Shown here one piece after another: positions 1 through 7,548 of a DNA stretch of 64,000 nucleotides. Made by a program: the position numbers and the translations under genes. Numbering within the stretch: the stretch's first letter is position 1; each line of letters begins with the position of its first letter. The stretch covers positions 15,146-79,145 of the forward strand of contig JAGAKP010000015.1 in assembly GCA_017625615.1 (NCBI GenBank), read 5' to 3'. The DNA comes from Clostridia bacterium. Its GTDB lineage: Bacteria > Bacillota > Clostridia > Oscillospirales > CAG-382. Below the pieces are notes generated by a model, which searched no databases, was not told where the DNA came from, and was given only the letters and a program-made list of their open reading frames with translations.

Positions 1-46
1 GATGCCCCAACGCGGCTGTATGTAAGCAAAGCACGGAGGTGGCGGA

Positions 47-637
47 ATGATTAAAAATCTTATCGTTATCCTTATGGCGTCGGTGCTTGTCAACAACTAC
101 GTTTTGTCCAAGTTCCTCGGCGTGTGCCCCTTCCTCGGCGTTTCAAAAAAGGTAGGTCAGGCAACGGGAATGGGTATTGCGGTAATATTCGTAATGCTCG
201 TTGCCACTGCGGCTACGTGGCCCATATACACCTATCTGCTTTCGCCCAAATACGAATATATGCAGACCATAGTGTTTATTCTCGTAATAGCCGCTCTGGT
301 TCAGTTCGTTGAGATAGTTCTTAAAAAATATATTCCCTCTCTGCACAAGTCATTGGGAATATACCTTCCCCTCATAACCACCAACTGCGCGGTATTGGGC
401 GTTACACTTAACAACATTACCGACGGATACGGATTTATAGAGGCGATGGTATCCTCTCTGGGCGCAGGTCTGGGATTCCTGCTTGCGATGGTGCTTTTTG
501 CAGGCGTGAGAGGGAAAATGGAGGCGGCGGATATTCCCAAAGCATTTAAGGGAATACCCATAACTCTTATTGCCGCATCCATTGTGTCCATGTCCTTTTA
601 CGGATTTGCGGGCGTTATTGAAAATATGTTTGCTTAA
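47..637 (+). CDS. rnfA: Rnf electron-transport complex subunit A
   Basis: 196-aa polytopic membrane ORF. Motifs NNYVLSKFLGVCPFLGVS and LPLITTNCAVLG are typical of the RnfA/NqrE family. rnfB follows 15 nt later. Confidence 0.9.
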   Translation: MIKNLIVILMASVLVNNYVLSKFLGVCPFLGVSKKVGQATGMGIAVIFVMLVATAATWPIYTYLLSPKYEYMQTIVFILVIAALVQFVEIVLKKYIPSLHKSLGIYLPLITTNCAVLGVTLNNITDGYGFIEAMVSSLGAGLGFLLAMVLFAGVRGKMEAADIPKAFKGIPITLIAASIVSMSFYGFAGVIENMFA

Positions 638-652
638 AGGGAGGGGAAAAGC

Positions 653-1444
653 ATGACTGAAATTCTTATCCCTGCCGCTTTGGTGGGAGTTATAGGACTT
701 ATTGCGGCGGCTGTCCTTACCCTTTCCGCCCGATTTATGGGAATAAAGGCAAACGAAAAGGAGAAGGATATACTCGATACCCTTCCCGGTGCCAACTGCG
801 GTGCCTGCGGATACCCCGGATGTGAGGCATACGCAAAAGCGCTTGCGGGCGGCGAGACCGACGCGACGAGCCTTTGCGTGCCCGGCGCGGAAGCGGCGGC
901 AAGGCGTATTGCGGAAATTATGGGCACCGAGTTTGAGGGCGTGACCAAAAAAACAGCCTTTATACGTTGCCGCGGAGATTGTACCCACAACAAGGAAAAA
1001 GCGTTTTACAACGGCATATCCTCCTGCGCGGCGGCGGTGGGATACTTTGGCGGAAAGGGTGCCTGCACCCAAGGCTGTATCGGCTTCGGCGACTGCGCGG
1101 CGGTATGTCCCGAGGATGCTATCTGTATCGAAAAGGGCATTGCCCACGTAGACCCGAGAAAATGTATCGGCTGCGGGCTGTGCGTAAAGACCTGCCCCAA
1201 CAGAATAATAAGCCTCGTTACGGGGGAGGAAAAGGTTTACGTCACCTGCTCCAACACCGAAAAGGGTGCTGTCACCCGCAAAAAGTGTGACGTAGGCTGT
1301 ATCGGCTGTATGAAATGCCAGCGTGTGTGCCCCACCGAGGCGATAAAGGTGGAAAACAACCTTTCGCAGATAGATTACGATAAGTGTATCGCCTGCGGAA
1401 AGTGCGCCGAGGTATGCCCCGTACAGTGTATAAGCGCGAAATGA
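653..1444 (+). CDS. rnfB: Rnf complex subunit B (polyferredoxin)
   Basis: N-terminal TM helix, a CGACGYPGC motif, then several CxxCxxCxxxCP 4Fe-4S ferredoxin motifs. Confidence 0.9.
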   Translation: MTEILIPAALVGVIGLIAAAVLTLSARFMGIKANEKEKDILDTLPGANCGACGYPGCEAYAKALAGGETDATSLCVPGAEAAARRIAEIMGTEFEGVTKKTAFIRCRGDCTHNKEKAFYNGISSCAAAVGYFGGKGACTQGCIGFGDCAAVCPEDAICIEKGIAHVDPRKCIGCGLCVKTCPNRIISLVTGEEKVYVTCSNTEKGAVTRKKCDVGCIGCMKCQRVCPTEAIKVENNLSQIDYDKCIACGKCAEVCPVQCISAK

Positions 1445-1809
1445 AGAAAAAGATACGAAACGATATTATTCTGATACTCGTTCCCTTGCTTTTGTGTATA
1501 GGATACGCGGTCTGGGTGATGTATTCACATCACGCAGGCGGATACGTATATATCGAGCAGGCGGGAGAGAAGGTGGGAATCTACCCCTTGAACGAGGACA
1601 GAGAAATACTTATCGGAGACAAGGACGGGTATTACAACGTGCTCGTAATAAAGGACGGCAGAGTGGATATGACCGAAGCCTCCTGCCCCGATAAGATATG
1701 CGTCAACCACCGAAAAATAGCCTATGAAGGAGAGAGGATAGTATGTCTGCCAAACCGACTGATAGTGCGTGTGGAAAAGGACGGGAAGCAAGCAGATATC
1801 GCGCCCTGA
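1441..1809 (+). CDS. NusG domain II-containing membrane-anchored protein
   Basis: The ATG at 1441 overlaps the rnfB stop (ATGA). An N-terminal TM helix precedes a beta-rich domain (GYYNVLVIKDGRVDMTEASCPDKICV). The ORF-track start at 1384 lies inside rnfB. Confidence 0.65.
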   Translation: MKKKIRNDIILILVPLLLCIGYAVWVMYSHHAGGYVYIEQAGEKVGIYPLNEDREILIGDKDGYYNVLVIKDGRVDMTEASCPDKICVNHRKIAYEGERIVCLPNRLIVRVEKDGKQADIAP

Positions 1810-2297
1810 AGGCTTCTGCCGGAGGAGTTGCTCTTTCCGTTGCGCTGATACTCTCTTACGTGGAGGCGGTGCTTCCTTTAAATATCGGTGTACCCGGCAT
1901 AAAGCTCGGGCTTGCCAATATAGCCGTGCTGTTTATTCTGTATAAATACGGCTTTGGGTACAGCCTGCTTATATCGGTACTGCGGGTGGTGCTTGCATCG
2001 TTGCTGTTCGGAAATATGGCTTCCTTTATATACAGTATTTCGGGAGCGCTGATAAGCATCGGAGTGATGGCACTGCTTAAAAAAACGGATGCCTTCTCCC
2101 CCGTGGGCGTCAGCGTTGCGGGCGGGATATGCCATAATCTCGGTCAGGTCTGTGCCGCGGCTGTACTGCTTGATACGTCGGCAGTGGCGCATTATATCCC
2201 CGTGCTGGTGGTAAGCGGAGTTTTGTGCGGCGCGGTCACAGGGCTTTTAGGCGGAATACTGATAAAAAAATTAAGATTTCAAGAAAAAGGCGTGTAA
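1743..2297 (+). CDS. Gx transporter family protein (heptaprenyl diphosphate synthase component I-like)
   Basis: Polytopic membrane protein with LSYVEAVLPL...GIKLGLANI motif. GGAGAG Shine-Dalgarno lies 8 nt upstream. It is commonly paired with NusG-II proteins. Confidence 0.65.
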   Translation: MSAKPTDSACGKGREASRYRALKASAGGVALSVALILSYVEAVLPLNIGVPGIKLGLANIAVLFILYKYGFGYSLLISVLRVVLASLLFGNMASFIYSISGALISIGVMALLKKTDAFSPVGVSVAGGICHNLGQVCAAAVLLDTSAVAHYIPVLVVSGVLCGAVTGLLGGILIKKLRFQEKGV

Positions 2298-2375
2298 AGC
2301 GTCTTTTTTTGTATTGTGTTTTGATTTTTTATGGAGTATAATGTAAGCAACACATTTACTTTTACGGAGGAAAAT

Positions 2376-3884
2376 ATGAAAAAGCTGATATCACTGTTAC
2401 TTATCCTCGTTATGCTGCTTCCCGCAGTGGTCGCCTGCGGCGGGAACGAAACCGTAAGCGAGCCCGAAACGAGCAAGCAGGAGCAAAGCGCTCAAAGCGA
2501 GCCCGACGAGGAAAGCCTTGTTCCCGACGAGAGTACTCCCGACGAGAGCACTCCCGAAGAAAGCACTCCCGATGAAAGCGTTCCCGAGGAAAGCAAACCT
2601 GAGGAAAGCAAACCCGAGGAAAGCGTTCCCGAAGAAAGCAAGCCTGAAGAAAGTGTTCCGGAGGACGACCCTGTGAAAGAAAAAATAAACGCGGCTTTAA
2701 ATAAGCCTTATACCAGATCCGAGCTGTATCCCGGAAATTCCAACGCAACCTACCCCGACGAGGGCAACAAATCTATGACCGACGGCGAGATCGCGCCCGA
2801 GGGAGCAAAGTACAGCCACAAGGCGTTTATGGGCTTTAACAAAAACAGCTCCGATTACACCTCCAGAGGATACGCATACGTAAGCATTGACCTTGGCGGG
2901 CTGTATTCTCTTGATAAATTCGTGGTTCAGGTAGCGTCCGCGTATTACGAAAGCGTTGGTATAACCGCGCCTCAGTACGTGGATATAATGGTTTCTCACG
3001 ATAACCAGAATTGGTACCACGCAGGCAGGACCTCTCACACCGATACCGACGAAACAAACGTTATCCCCTCTACCCTTCAGCTCGATAAGGCGCTTACCGC
3101 CCGTTACGTTCAGTTCAGAGTGGTAGGTCAGAACAGTTGGATGTTCCTTTGCGAGGTTGAAGCGTACGGATACGAAACCGACAAGGAGGTTGCATACCCC
3201 GAGTCAGCCCCCGCGCAGTCCTTCCTCTTTATCGGTAACAGCAGTACCTATTATTTTGACGTACCCACCAAGTTTATGTTTATTGCGGAAAGCGTCGGCA
3301 TTGACGTGGACGTTACCTACTGCTGCGTAGGAAGCGCATTCTTAAGCTATTTTGCAGATGCAAACGATGCAAAGCACGGTAAGGTTTTGAGACAGCATCT
3401 TGCTTCCCAAAAGTTTGACCATATAGTTTTGCAGGATAACTCCAATGCGGACTACGAGGATTCCAAGCCCGCTATGGATATTCTGGTGCCCATGCTTCGC
3501 GAGACCGGCGCAACCCTTCATCTCTACAAGCGTTATTCCTCCAATTCCGATCCCTCCAAGCGTCTTGACAGCGCCTACAGGCACGAGGTAAACTACACCA
3601 AGCTGTCCCAGACCTTTGATATTCCTCTGGTTGCCCCCGGCGCAGACGCGTTCCTTATCTGCTCCGAAAAATATCCCGAGCTTGTTATTTATCACACCGA
3701 TAACTCTCACCATTCCGACCTCGGCGCATATCTCCTTGCCTGCGTTATGGCGATAACTTATCTTGATATCGACCTTGACGACGTCACCTATACCGCCGGC
3801 TACGATGCAACCACCGTTGCAAAAATAAAGGAATGTGCCCGCATCGCCTGCGAACAGGGCTACGATTATCCTCAGGATAAATAA
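2376..3884 (+). CDS. Lipoprotein with acidic pentapeptide linker, discoidin-like module and DUF4886/SGNH-like hydrolase domain
   Basis: GGAGG Shine-Dalgarno before ATG 2376. Lipobox VVAC. (D/E)ES(T/V/K)P repeats. An F5/8-type-C-like module ends in FLCEVEAYG. A GNSSTYY motif is followed by an SGNH-like domain. Confidence 0.7.
   Translation: MKKLISLLLILVMLLPAVVACGGNETVSEPETSKQEQSAQSEPDEESLVPDESTPDESTPEESTPDESVPEESKPEESKPEESVPEESKPEESVPEDDPVKEKINAALNKPYTRSELYPGNSNATYPDEGNKSMTDGEIAPEGAKYSHKAFMGFNKNSSDYTSRGYAYVSIDLGGLYSLDKFVVQVASAYYESVGITAPQYVDIMVSHDNQNWYHAGRTSHTDTDETNVIPSTLQLDKALTARYVQFRVVGQNSWMFLCEVEAYGYETDKEVAYPESAPAQSFLFIGNSSTYYFDVPTKFMFIAESVGIDVDVTYCCVGSAFLSYFADANDAKHGKVLRQHLASQKFDHIVLQDNSNADYEDSKPAMDILVPMLRETGATLHLYKRYSSNSDPSKRLDSAYRHEVNYTKLSQTFDIPLVAPGADAFLICSEKYPELVIYHTDNSHHSDLGAYLLACVMAITYLDIDLDDVTYTAGYDATTVAKIKECARIACEQGYDYPQDK
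2523..2666 (+). repeat. 15-bp tandem repeat encoding about 10 (D/E)ES(T/V/K)P pentapeptides
   Basis: PDESTPDESTPEESTPDESVPEESKPEESKPEESVPEESKPEESVPED is read directly from the ORF. Confidence 0.85.
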
Positions 3885-3887
3885 AAT

Positions 3888-3984
3888 ATCACCCCACAAA
3901 AGGTTTTTTGATAAGTAGGGGCGATTCACGAATCGCCCGCAACAGACGTTACGTATCACGAAAAAACGCTTTTGCGGGGACCCC
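3888..3984 (+). repeat. Intergenic mosaic module X, copy 1
   Basis: ATCACCCCACAAAAGGTTTTTTGATA, then hairpin GGGCGATTC-ac-GAATCGCCC, then GACGTTACGTATCACGAAAAAACGCTTTTGCGGGGACCCC. Near-identical flanks recur at 55853-55948. Confidence 0.8.
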
Positions 3985-4016
3985 GAAAAAAATCACCCCT
4001 AAAATTACCGAAAAAA

Positions 4017-4115
4017 CCTTTCACTTGCCCGCAGGGCAAACTTCACTTCGTCGACATCGACGAAACTTCACTGCGGTACGCAACTTCACTTGGGCGTAAA
4101 ACGCCCAAACTTCAC
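4017..4115 (+). repeat. AACTTCACT 9-mer / mini-hairpin array (5 units)
   Basis: 9-mers start at about 4017 (degenerate), 4039, 4064, 4082 and 4108. They are separated by the hairpins tgcccgcagggca, tcgtcgacatcgacga, gcggtacgc and tgggcgtaaaacgccca. Confidence 0.85.
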
Positions 4116-4152
4116 CAAAACATTCAATTATAAGTAAAGAAGGGAGCACAAT

Positions 4153-4593
4153 ATGCCGAAAAAGAAAATTATAGTATTATCTATATTCGCCGCAGTTATC
4201 CTTTGTGTCGCAACATTATGCGTATCGGTTTTAATCTATAAAAACAGCTTCCCGAAAATATCACCGGACAAAGTGGAAAAAGTGGTTATTTGGGTTGATG
4301 GACCGACAAAAGATAAAGAGCTGAATCCCCAAGAAACGGAAGCGCTTATAAAAATGTATAATGATTCCAAATACGCAGGCAACGGCAGAGGCGACGGTGG
4401 TACGCCGCAAGTTCAAGCGATAGTGTATTTTACCGATGGTTCTGTTTTACGTATCAGTGAATTTCGATTAATCGATAGAGATATTGAAGTATCTTTAAGC
4501 AACAAAAACGGCATTAAAAAAAGGTGGTTCTATATAAACAACCGAGAACTACTCGATTATCTGACAAGCTTTCGTGCTCCCAACGAAGAATAA
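4153..4593 (+). CDS. Hypothetical membrane-anchored protein (AT-rich ORF)
   Basis: 146 aa with an N-terminal TM helix. GGGAG Shine-Dalgarno upstream. No recognisable domain. Bracketed by inverted AACTTCACT arrays. Confidence 0.55.
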   Translation: MPKKKIIVLSIFAAVILCVATLCVSVLIYKNSFPKISPDKVEKVVIWVDGPTKDKELNPQETEALIKMYNDSKYAGNGRGDGGTPQVQAIVYFTDGSVLRISEFRLIDRDIEVSLSNKNGIKKRWFYINNRELLDYLTSFRAPNEE

Positions 4594-4618
4594 AACCATT
4601 CACCAAAAAAACAAGAAA

Positions 4619-4643
4619 GGACGAGGAAAACCCTCGTCCTTTT
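4619..4643 (+). terminator. Rho-independent terminator
   Basis: GGACGAGG-aaaac-CCTCGTCC followed by TTTT. Confidence 0.7.
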
Positions 4644-4651
4644 GTGTTTTG

Positions 4652-4752
4652 GTGAAGTTTTTGCCTTGCGGGCAAAAGTGAAGTTGCGTACCGCAGTGAA
4701 GTTCGCGCCCAAGGGCGCGAGTGAAGTTGGTTTTGCCGCCAATGCGGCAAAA
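4652..4752 (-). repeat. AACTTCACT 9-mer / mini-hairpin array, inverted copy (4 units)
   Basis: (A)GTGAAGTT at 4652, 4677, 4695 and 4720. Spacers include gcgtaccgc (reverse complement of the left-array gcggtacgc) and tttgccttgcgggcaaa. The array ends in hairpin TTTTGCCGC-caat-GCGGCAAAA, which abuts the stop of the 4753 gene. Confidence 0.85.
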
Positions 4753-5256
4753 TCAGTTTTCTTTTACCATATATGCTTCTATTATGCCGGTGTACATAGT
4801 ATGGTAATCCTTGCTTGCATACCATTTTTCGTTTACCGCATCCGACATAGTTTCCGCGGGCATGCGGACAGCTCCTTGCTTGCGGCAGATAATTACCGTT
4901 TCCGCCTCTGCGTAATAGGGAGTATCCCCCTCGTAAGCGACGGTAAGATTGCAACGGGCGGTCTTATCCTCATCCCTGCCCGAAACGGTGCCCATATAGC
5001 GGTACGTGTCCTCGTATCCATCGCCGAAAAAGCAGAGGGAAAAGGTTTCCGCGCCGTCCAGAAATTCCTTGGTATAGCGGCTGTCGCGAACGAAGGCGTA
5101 CGCCGCTGGCGCGCCCCATATAACGCCCAATGCGCCCCAGGATGCGGTCATACCGTTTACCTTGGTGCCGTCACCCGCAACGATAAGCATTTTCTGCTTG
5201 CCGATCATATCAAAGGCGTTGCCCTGCGCTTCATAGGGGTTTATTTTTTTGAACAT
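4753..5256 (-). CDS. Flavin reductase-like (FMN-binding split-barrel) family protein
   Basis: MLIVAGDGTKVNGMTASWGALGVIWGAPAAYAFVRDSRYTKEFL matches the flavin reductase domain pattern. It lies 12 nt downstream of queT. Confidence 0.8.
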   Translation of the reverse strand: MFKKINPYEAQGNAFDMIGKQKMLIVAGDGTKVNGMTASWGALGVIWGAPAAYAFVRDSRYTKEFLDGAETFSLCFFGDGYEDTYRYMGTVSGRDEDKTARCNLTVAYEGDTPYYAEAETVIICRKQGAVRMPAETMSDAVNEKWYASKDYHTMYTGIIEAYMVKEN

Positions 5257-5268
5257 TTGAAATTCACC

Positions 5269-5745
5269 TCATTTATTTATATGAGAAAAACGCTTTTTTA
5301 TAACGCGGTAGAGGATATATCCAAGACCGCCGCAGGAAACGACCTCCCCTGCGAAAACAGAAAGGTATATTACCCACCAAGCCTCGGTAAAATCGTAAAA
5401 ATAAATAAGCACGGGAGGAATTACCAGCACGTTTGCCGCTATGGGGAACAGCACGCCCAAAAGGATATGCTTTTTTCCGAAGCACATCGTGAGGTATGCG
5501 GCAACGAGGGTGGCGAGAGAGCCGAAGACTATATCCCATATGACCGCGCCCGAAATAAGGTTTGCCAGCACACAGCCGATAAACAGCCCCGGCACGGCGG
5601 CGGGCATAAACACGGGAAGGATGGTAAGGGCTTCCGAAAACCGCACCTGAAACACGCCGATAGGGTTGGGGGAAATGACGGTGAGTGCCACGTACAGCGC
5701 GGCGATTATTGCCGCCTGACTGACGTAAAGAGTTTTGCTTTTCAT
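5269..5745 (-). CDS. queT: Queuosine-precursor transporter QueT
   Basis: 158-aa membrane protein with a QVRFSEALTILP motif. Preceded by a preQ1-I riboswitch. Confidence 0.8.
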   Translation of the reverse strand: MKSKTLYVSQAAIIAALYVALTVISPNPIGVFQVRFSEALTILPVFMPAAVPGLFIGCVLANLISGAVIWDIVFGSLATLVAAYLTMCFGKKHILLGVLFPIAANVLVIPPVLIYFYDFTEAWWVIYLSVFAGEVVSCGGLGYILYRVIKKRFSHINK

Positions 5746-5751
5746 TAAATT

Positions 5752-5798
5752 TGCTCCTTAGTTTTGATTTAAGTGAGGATGGTCACGAACTCACTGGA
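5752..5798 (-). promoter_or_regulatory. preQ1-I riboswitch
   Basis: The minus strand reads GUGAG-UUCGUGACCAUC-CUCAC-UUAAAUCAAAACUAAGGAG. This is a 5-bp P1, a 12-nt loop starting UUC, and an A-rich tail ending ACUAAGG that overlaps the Shine-Dalgarno. It parallels the Bacillus aptamer AGAGG-UUCUAGCUACAC-CCUCU-AUAAAAAACUAAGG. Confidence 0.75.
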
Positions 5799-5803
5799 TG
5801 TCT

Positions 5804-5832
5804 ATATTAGCATAAAATTTCGGTTTGGTCAA
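5804..5832 (-). promoter_or_regulatory. Sigma-A promoter of the riboswitch-queT operon
   Basis: TTGACC-17 nt-TAATAT on the minus strand. The predicted start site lies at the 5' edge of the aptamer. Confidence 0.55.
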
Positions 5833-5837
5833 GAAAT

Positions 5838-5872
5838 AAACGAGAAACGAGGAACGAGAAACGAGAAACTTC
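5838..5872 (+). repeat. Heptamer run (AAACGAG/GAACGAG) x5
   Basis: aaacgag aaacgag gaacgag aaacgag aaacttc. The same CGMGRAA unit recurs inverted at 18957-19005. Confidence 0.8.
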
Positions 5873-5878
5873 GGTAAA

Positions 5879-5896
5879 AATCCGCCAAAAGGCGGA
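5879..5896 (-). terminator. Rho-independent terminator of the PHP gene
   Basis: ATCCGCC-aaaa-GGCGGAT. On the minus strand it is followed by TTTTT. Confidence 0.7.
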
Positions 5897-5901
5897 TTTA
5901 A

Positions 5902-6786
5902 TTAATCGTTTCTTATGTTTTCAAGTACCGAATACGGTATCGCCATATTGCCCTGACCGATGCCGATCTCTATATGGGGCTTCATTTTGGCGTGGAAATC
6001 CGTTCCGCCGGATATCTTTAAGCCAAGCTCCTTTGCCATGGACTGAAACTTTTCTTGCATTTCGGGAGTGTATTCGTTATAGTATCCCTCGATACCGTCA
6101 AGTCCGAAGCTCTTAAGCTCCGTAAGAAACGCCTTCAGCTCCTCGTCGGAAATACGTATAAGGTGCGGATGTGCGACGTAGGCGTAGCCGCCGATATCCT
6201 TTATAAGCCTTACCGCCTCCGATGCTGTCAGTGCCTGCGTGCCGTCGTAAGCGGGCTTGCCCACGCCGAGCCATTTATCAAAGCCCTCCTTTACCGAGGA
6301 GATATACCCCTTTTCCATCATAATACGGGCAAAATGTGCTCTGCCGATAATGCCTGCGGGTGCGATGGCGTATGCTTCCTCCATAGACACCTCAAAGCCC
6401 AGTTCGTTCAGCTTTTTGCTTGTATTGACAGTGCGCTTATAACGGGTGTCCATAATGCTTTCAAGCGCTTTTTTGAGCAGAGGATGGTCTATATCTATAT
6501 AATAACCGAGAATGTGGGTTTCCGTTTTGGACTGAACCGAAAGCTCGATGGCGGGAACCACCTCCACGCCCACTCTTTTTCCCTCATCCATTGCGTCCTT
6601 TACGCCCGCAACCGAATCGTGGTCGGACAAAGCGATTGCCGCAAGTCCCTTTGATGCGGCGTGGCGGACAAGCTCACGGGGGGACATACTTCCGTCGGAG
6701 CAGGTGGAGTGAGTATGAAGATCTATAAGCTTTTTACACACGTTAAACACTTCCTTTTTCTTTCTGCCTCCCATTTTACCACACAA
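5902..6786 (-). CDS. PHP-domain phosphoesterase
   Basis: LIDLHTHSTCSDG motif, later SDHDS and a HPH motif. The start may be the internal ATG at 6774. Confidence 0.8.
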   Translation of the reverse strand: MCGKMGGRKKKEVFNVCKKLIDLHTHSTCSDGSMSPRELVRHAASKGLAAIALSDHDSVAGVKDAMDEGKRVGVEVVPAIELSVQSKTETHILGYYIDIDHPLLKKALESIMDTRYKRTVNTSKKLNELGFEVSMEEAYAIAPAGIIGRAHFARIMMEKGYISSVKEGFDKWLGVGKPAYDGTQALTASEAVRLIKDIGGYAYVAHPHLIRISDEELKAFLTELKSFGLDGIEGYYNEYTPEMQEKFQSMAKELGLKISGGTDFHAKMKPHIEIGIGQGNMAIPYSVLENIRND

Positions 6787-6876
6787 AAGAGAGAAAATAA
6801 ATATATTTTTTAACGGAAACTCTTTTTTAAATTTTTCTTTTGTGGTAAAATGTATATATTAAAGGAGTGTTTAATT

Positions 6877-7545
6877 ATGAAGTATCTTTTTGAAACACAC
6901 TGCCACACCTCCGAATCCAGCGGATGTGCATCGGAAACGGCGGAAAGTGCCGTAAAATATTACAAGGAAATGGGTTACGCCGGGCTGGTAATAACCGACC
7001 ATCTGGGTATCGGCGGTAAAAAGGACCATTGGGTAACACACTGCAAAAATCAGCAAGCGGGCTATCTTAACGGCAAGGCGGTTTCCGCAAAATACGGAAT
7101 GACCGTGCTTTACGCCGCAGAAATAACCGTGGGACCCCATTGGGGCAACGATTTTTTGGTGTTCGGACTTGAGCCTCAGTGGTATTGGGAGCATCCCGAA
7201 TTGGACGATATGTCACTTAACGACGTGCTTAAGACAGTACGTGAGGCGGGCGCATTCGTTTCCCACGCACACCCCTTCAGAGAGGCAAACTACATACGCA
7301 GTATAGTGCTTCTCCCCCGCTTGGTGGACGGAGTTGAGCTTAACGCAAACAGAGACGATTTTGTAAACGAGCGTGCCGAGGAATATGCGCGTGCCTACGG
7401 ACTTCCCCTTACTGCGGGAAGCGATAACCACGTGGCGCACAGACAGTCGCGGCTGTTCGGCGTGTACTTTGATGAACTTCCCACCGACGAACAACAGCTT
7501 GCCAAGCTGTTGTTCGATCAAAAATATACCCTTAAGACGGAGTAA
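6877..7545 (+). CDS. PHP-domain protein
   Basis: AAAGGAG lies 10 nt upstream of ATG 6877. ETHCHTSESSGCA and ITDH motifs. Confidence 0.75.
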   Translation: MKYLFETHCHTSESSGCASETAESAVKYYKEMGYAGLVITDHLGIGGKKDHWVTHCKNQQAGYLNGKAVSAKYGMTVLYAAEITVGPHWGNDFLVFGLEPQWYWEHPELDDMSLNDVLKTVREAGAFVSHAHPFREANYIRSIVLLPRLVDGVELNANRDDFVNERAEEYARAYGLPLTAGSDNHVAHRQSRLFGVYFDELPTDEQQLAKLLFDQKYTLKTE

Positions 7546-7548
7546 AAG

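Noticed and set aside
1384-1440. Upstream extension of the NusG-II ORF. Similar N-terminal extensions occur at 2331, 13115, 26336, 34614, 50075 and 61182.
   Set aside because: The extensions lie inside upstream genes or promoter DNA and lack a Shine-Dalgarno. Internal ATG or GTG codons with good Shine-Dalgarno sequences and signal peptides fit better.
3908-4099. 63-aa ORF, and the 139-aa ORF at 55594-56013, inside repeat regions
   Set aside because: They merely translate the AACTTCACT and CACCCC repeat modules (shared NFTAVR peptide). They have no Shine-Dalgarno, and the frame is not conserved between copies.
4017-4115. Possible CRISPR array (regular repeats with variable spacers)
   Set aside because: The repeat is only 9 nt. 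The spacers are 9-27 nt and are themselves palindromes. No cas genes or leader are present.
4642-5748. 368-aa plus-strand ORF spanning two minus-strand genes. Similar long shadows lie at 350-1147, 30063-31382, 36694-37533, 38579-39445, 40240-41385, 45553-46941 and 54529-55329.
   Set aside because: All lie in the codon-aligned antisense frame of genes with strong family motifs. Their products are Arg/Gly/Cys-rich nonsense. One even crosses an intergenic gap.
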